Source: Octopus sinensis (taxonomy: Eukaryota). From it: a stretch of 64,000 bases of DNA. The stretch covers positions 80,662,001 through 80,726,000 of the forward strand of contig NC_042998.1 of the NCBI RefSeq assembly GCF_006345805.1, written 5' to 3'. Under the pieces are notes generated by a model, which was not told the DNA's origin, searched no databases, and saw nothing but the letters and a program-made list of their open reading frames with translations. The translations under genes were made by a program, and so were the position numbers. Of the stretch, positions 63,326 to 64,000 are shown one piece after another. The stretch's first letter is position 1. Each line of letters opens with the position of its first letter.

Positions 63326-64000
63326 AATAATAATAATAATAATAATAATAAATGCCTTGATGCAGTACCAATGCCTGGTGCAGTATAAATGCCCTGATGC
63401 AGTACCAGACAGTGGCTCTTATGGCTTCTGATCTTAACTGATTGGAAGTGTTATCATGTACATCGTTTTGTCTTGGTATAAAAGATGGGCTACAGTAAAT
63501 ATTCTGCTCAATACCACAGATTTGCTTGTCAGCTGTTTGACCTTAACCTGTTGAGCATGTCTCTTGGTGGCTGACGATATGTGCATCTCTGATCATGAGC
63601 AGAAATAGTGGGGGAGTATCATAACCATGTGTTGAAAGGAATTCTTAGAGGTTTGGATAATTCACTTCTGGAAACATAGGTGGTTCGTTCAACATCTTTA
63701 AACAACCCTTATTCAGAGACCTTTTGAGCGGGATGGGTTACTCGACCAGAAGAAAATTCTAACTGGGCCCCACCTGCAAGGTCATGTGCTGTTCATCTTG
63801 ATATGAGATCACCATGTCGTGCACATATGGTTGTGATACATGTGCCTGATGTACCCTTATCAGACAGGTAGTCATGATAGGTATACTGGGCTTCGTATAT
63901 TTTACCCCAGTGTCACTATGATGGCATGCACTGCTCTCCCACTCAATAATAATAATAATAATAATGGTAATCCTTTCTACTATAGGCACAAGACCTGAAA

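Overview
AT-rich, repeat-dense eukaryotic DNA. The SINE families, microsatellite load and intron sizes suggest a cephalopod (Octopus-like); this is inference. The one confidently supported gene is a + strand paraoxonase/arylesterase (PON-family Ca2+ beta-propeller lactonase). Seven consecutive coding exons (481-19896) were spliced by hand with compatible phases; the first exons lie upstream of the window. Everything else is transposon-derived or simple repeat: tRNA-derived SINEs, Tc1/mariner/maT/Tigger remnants and MITEs, a near-complete CR1-type LINE (31.5-35.1 kb, minus), RTE and R4/Dong fragments, three Penelope-like (PLE) fragments, mini-/microsatellites and an 84-85 bp satellite. Most ORF-track entries are microsatellite artefacts. 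The most interesting signals are: hammerhead ribozyme folds, most tied to PLE ends; an AUGA stop-start overlap and CCCH finger in the LINE; phase-compatible antisense exon candidates interleaved with PON; a CpG-decay boundary near 39.3 kb; an octamer-motif satellite; and several long foldbacks. No CRISPR array, rRNA or true tRNA gene was found. Repeat boundaries are approximate unless TSD/TIR positions are given.
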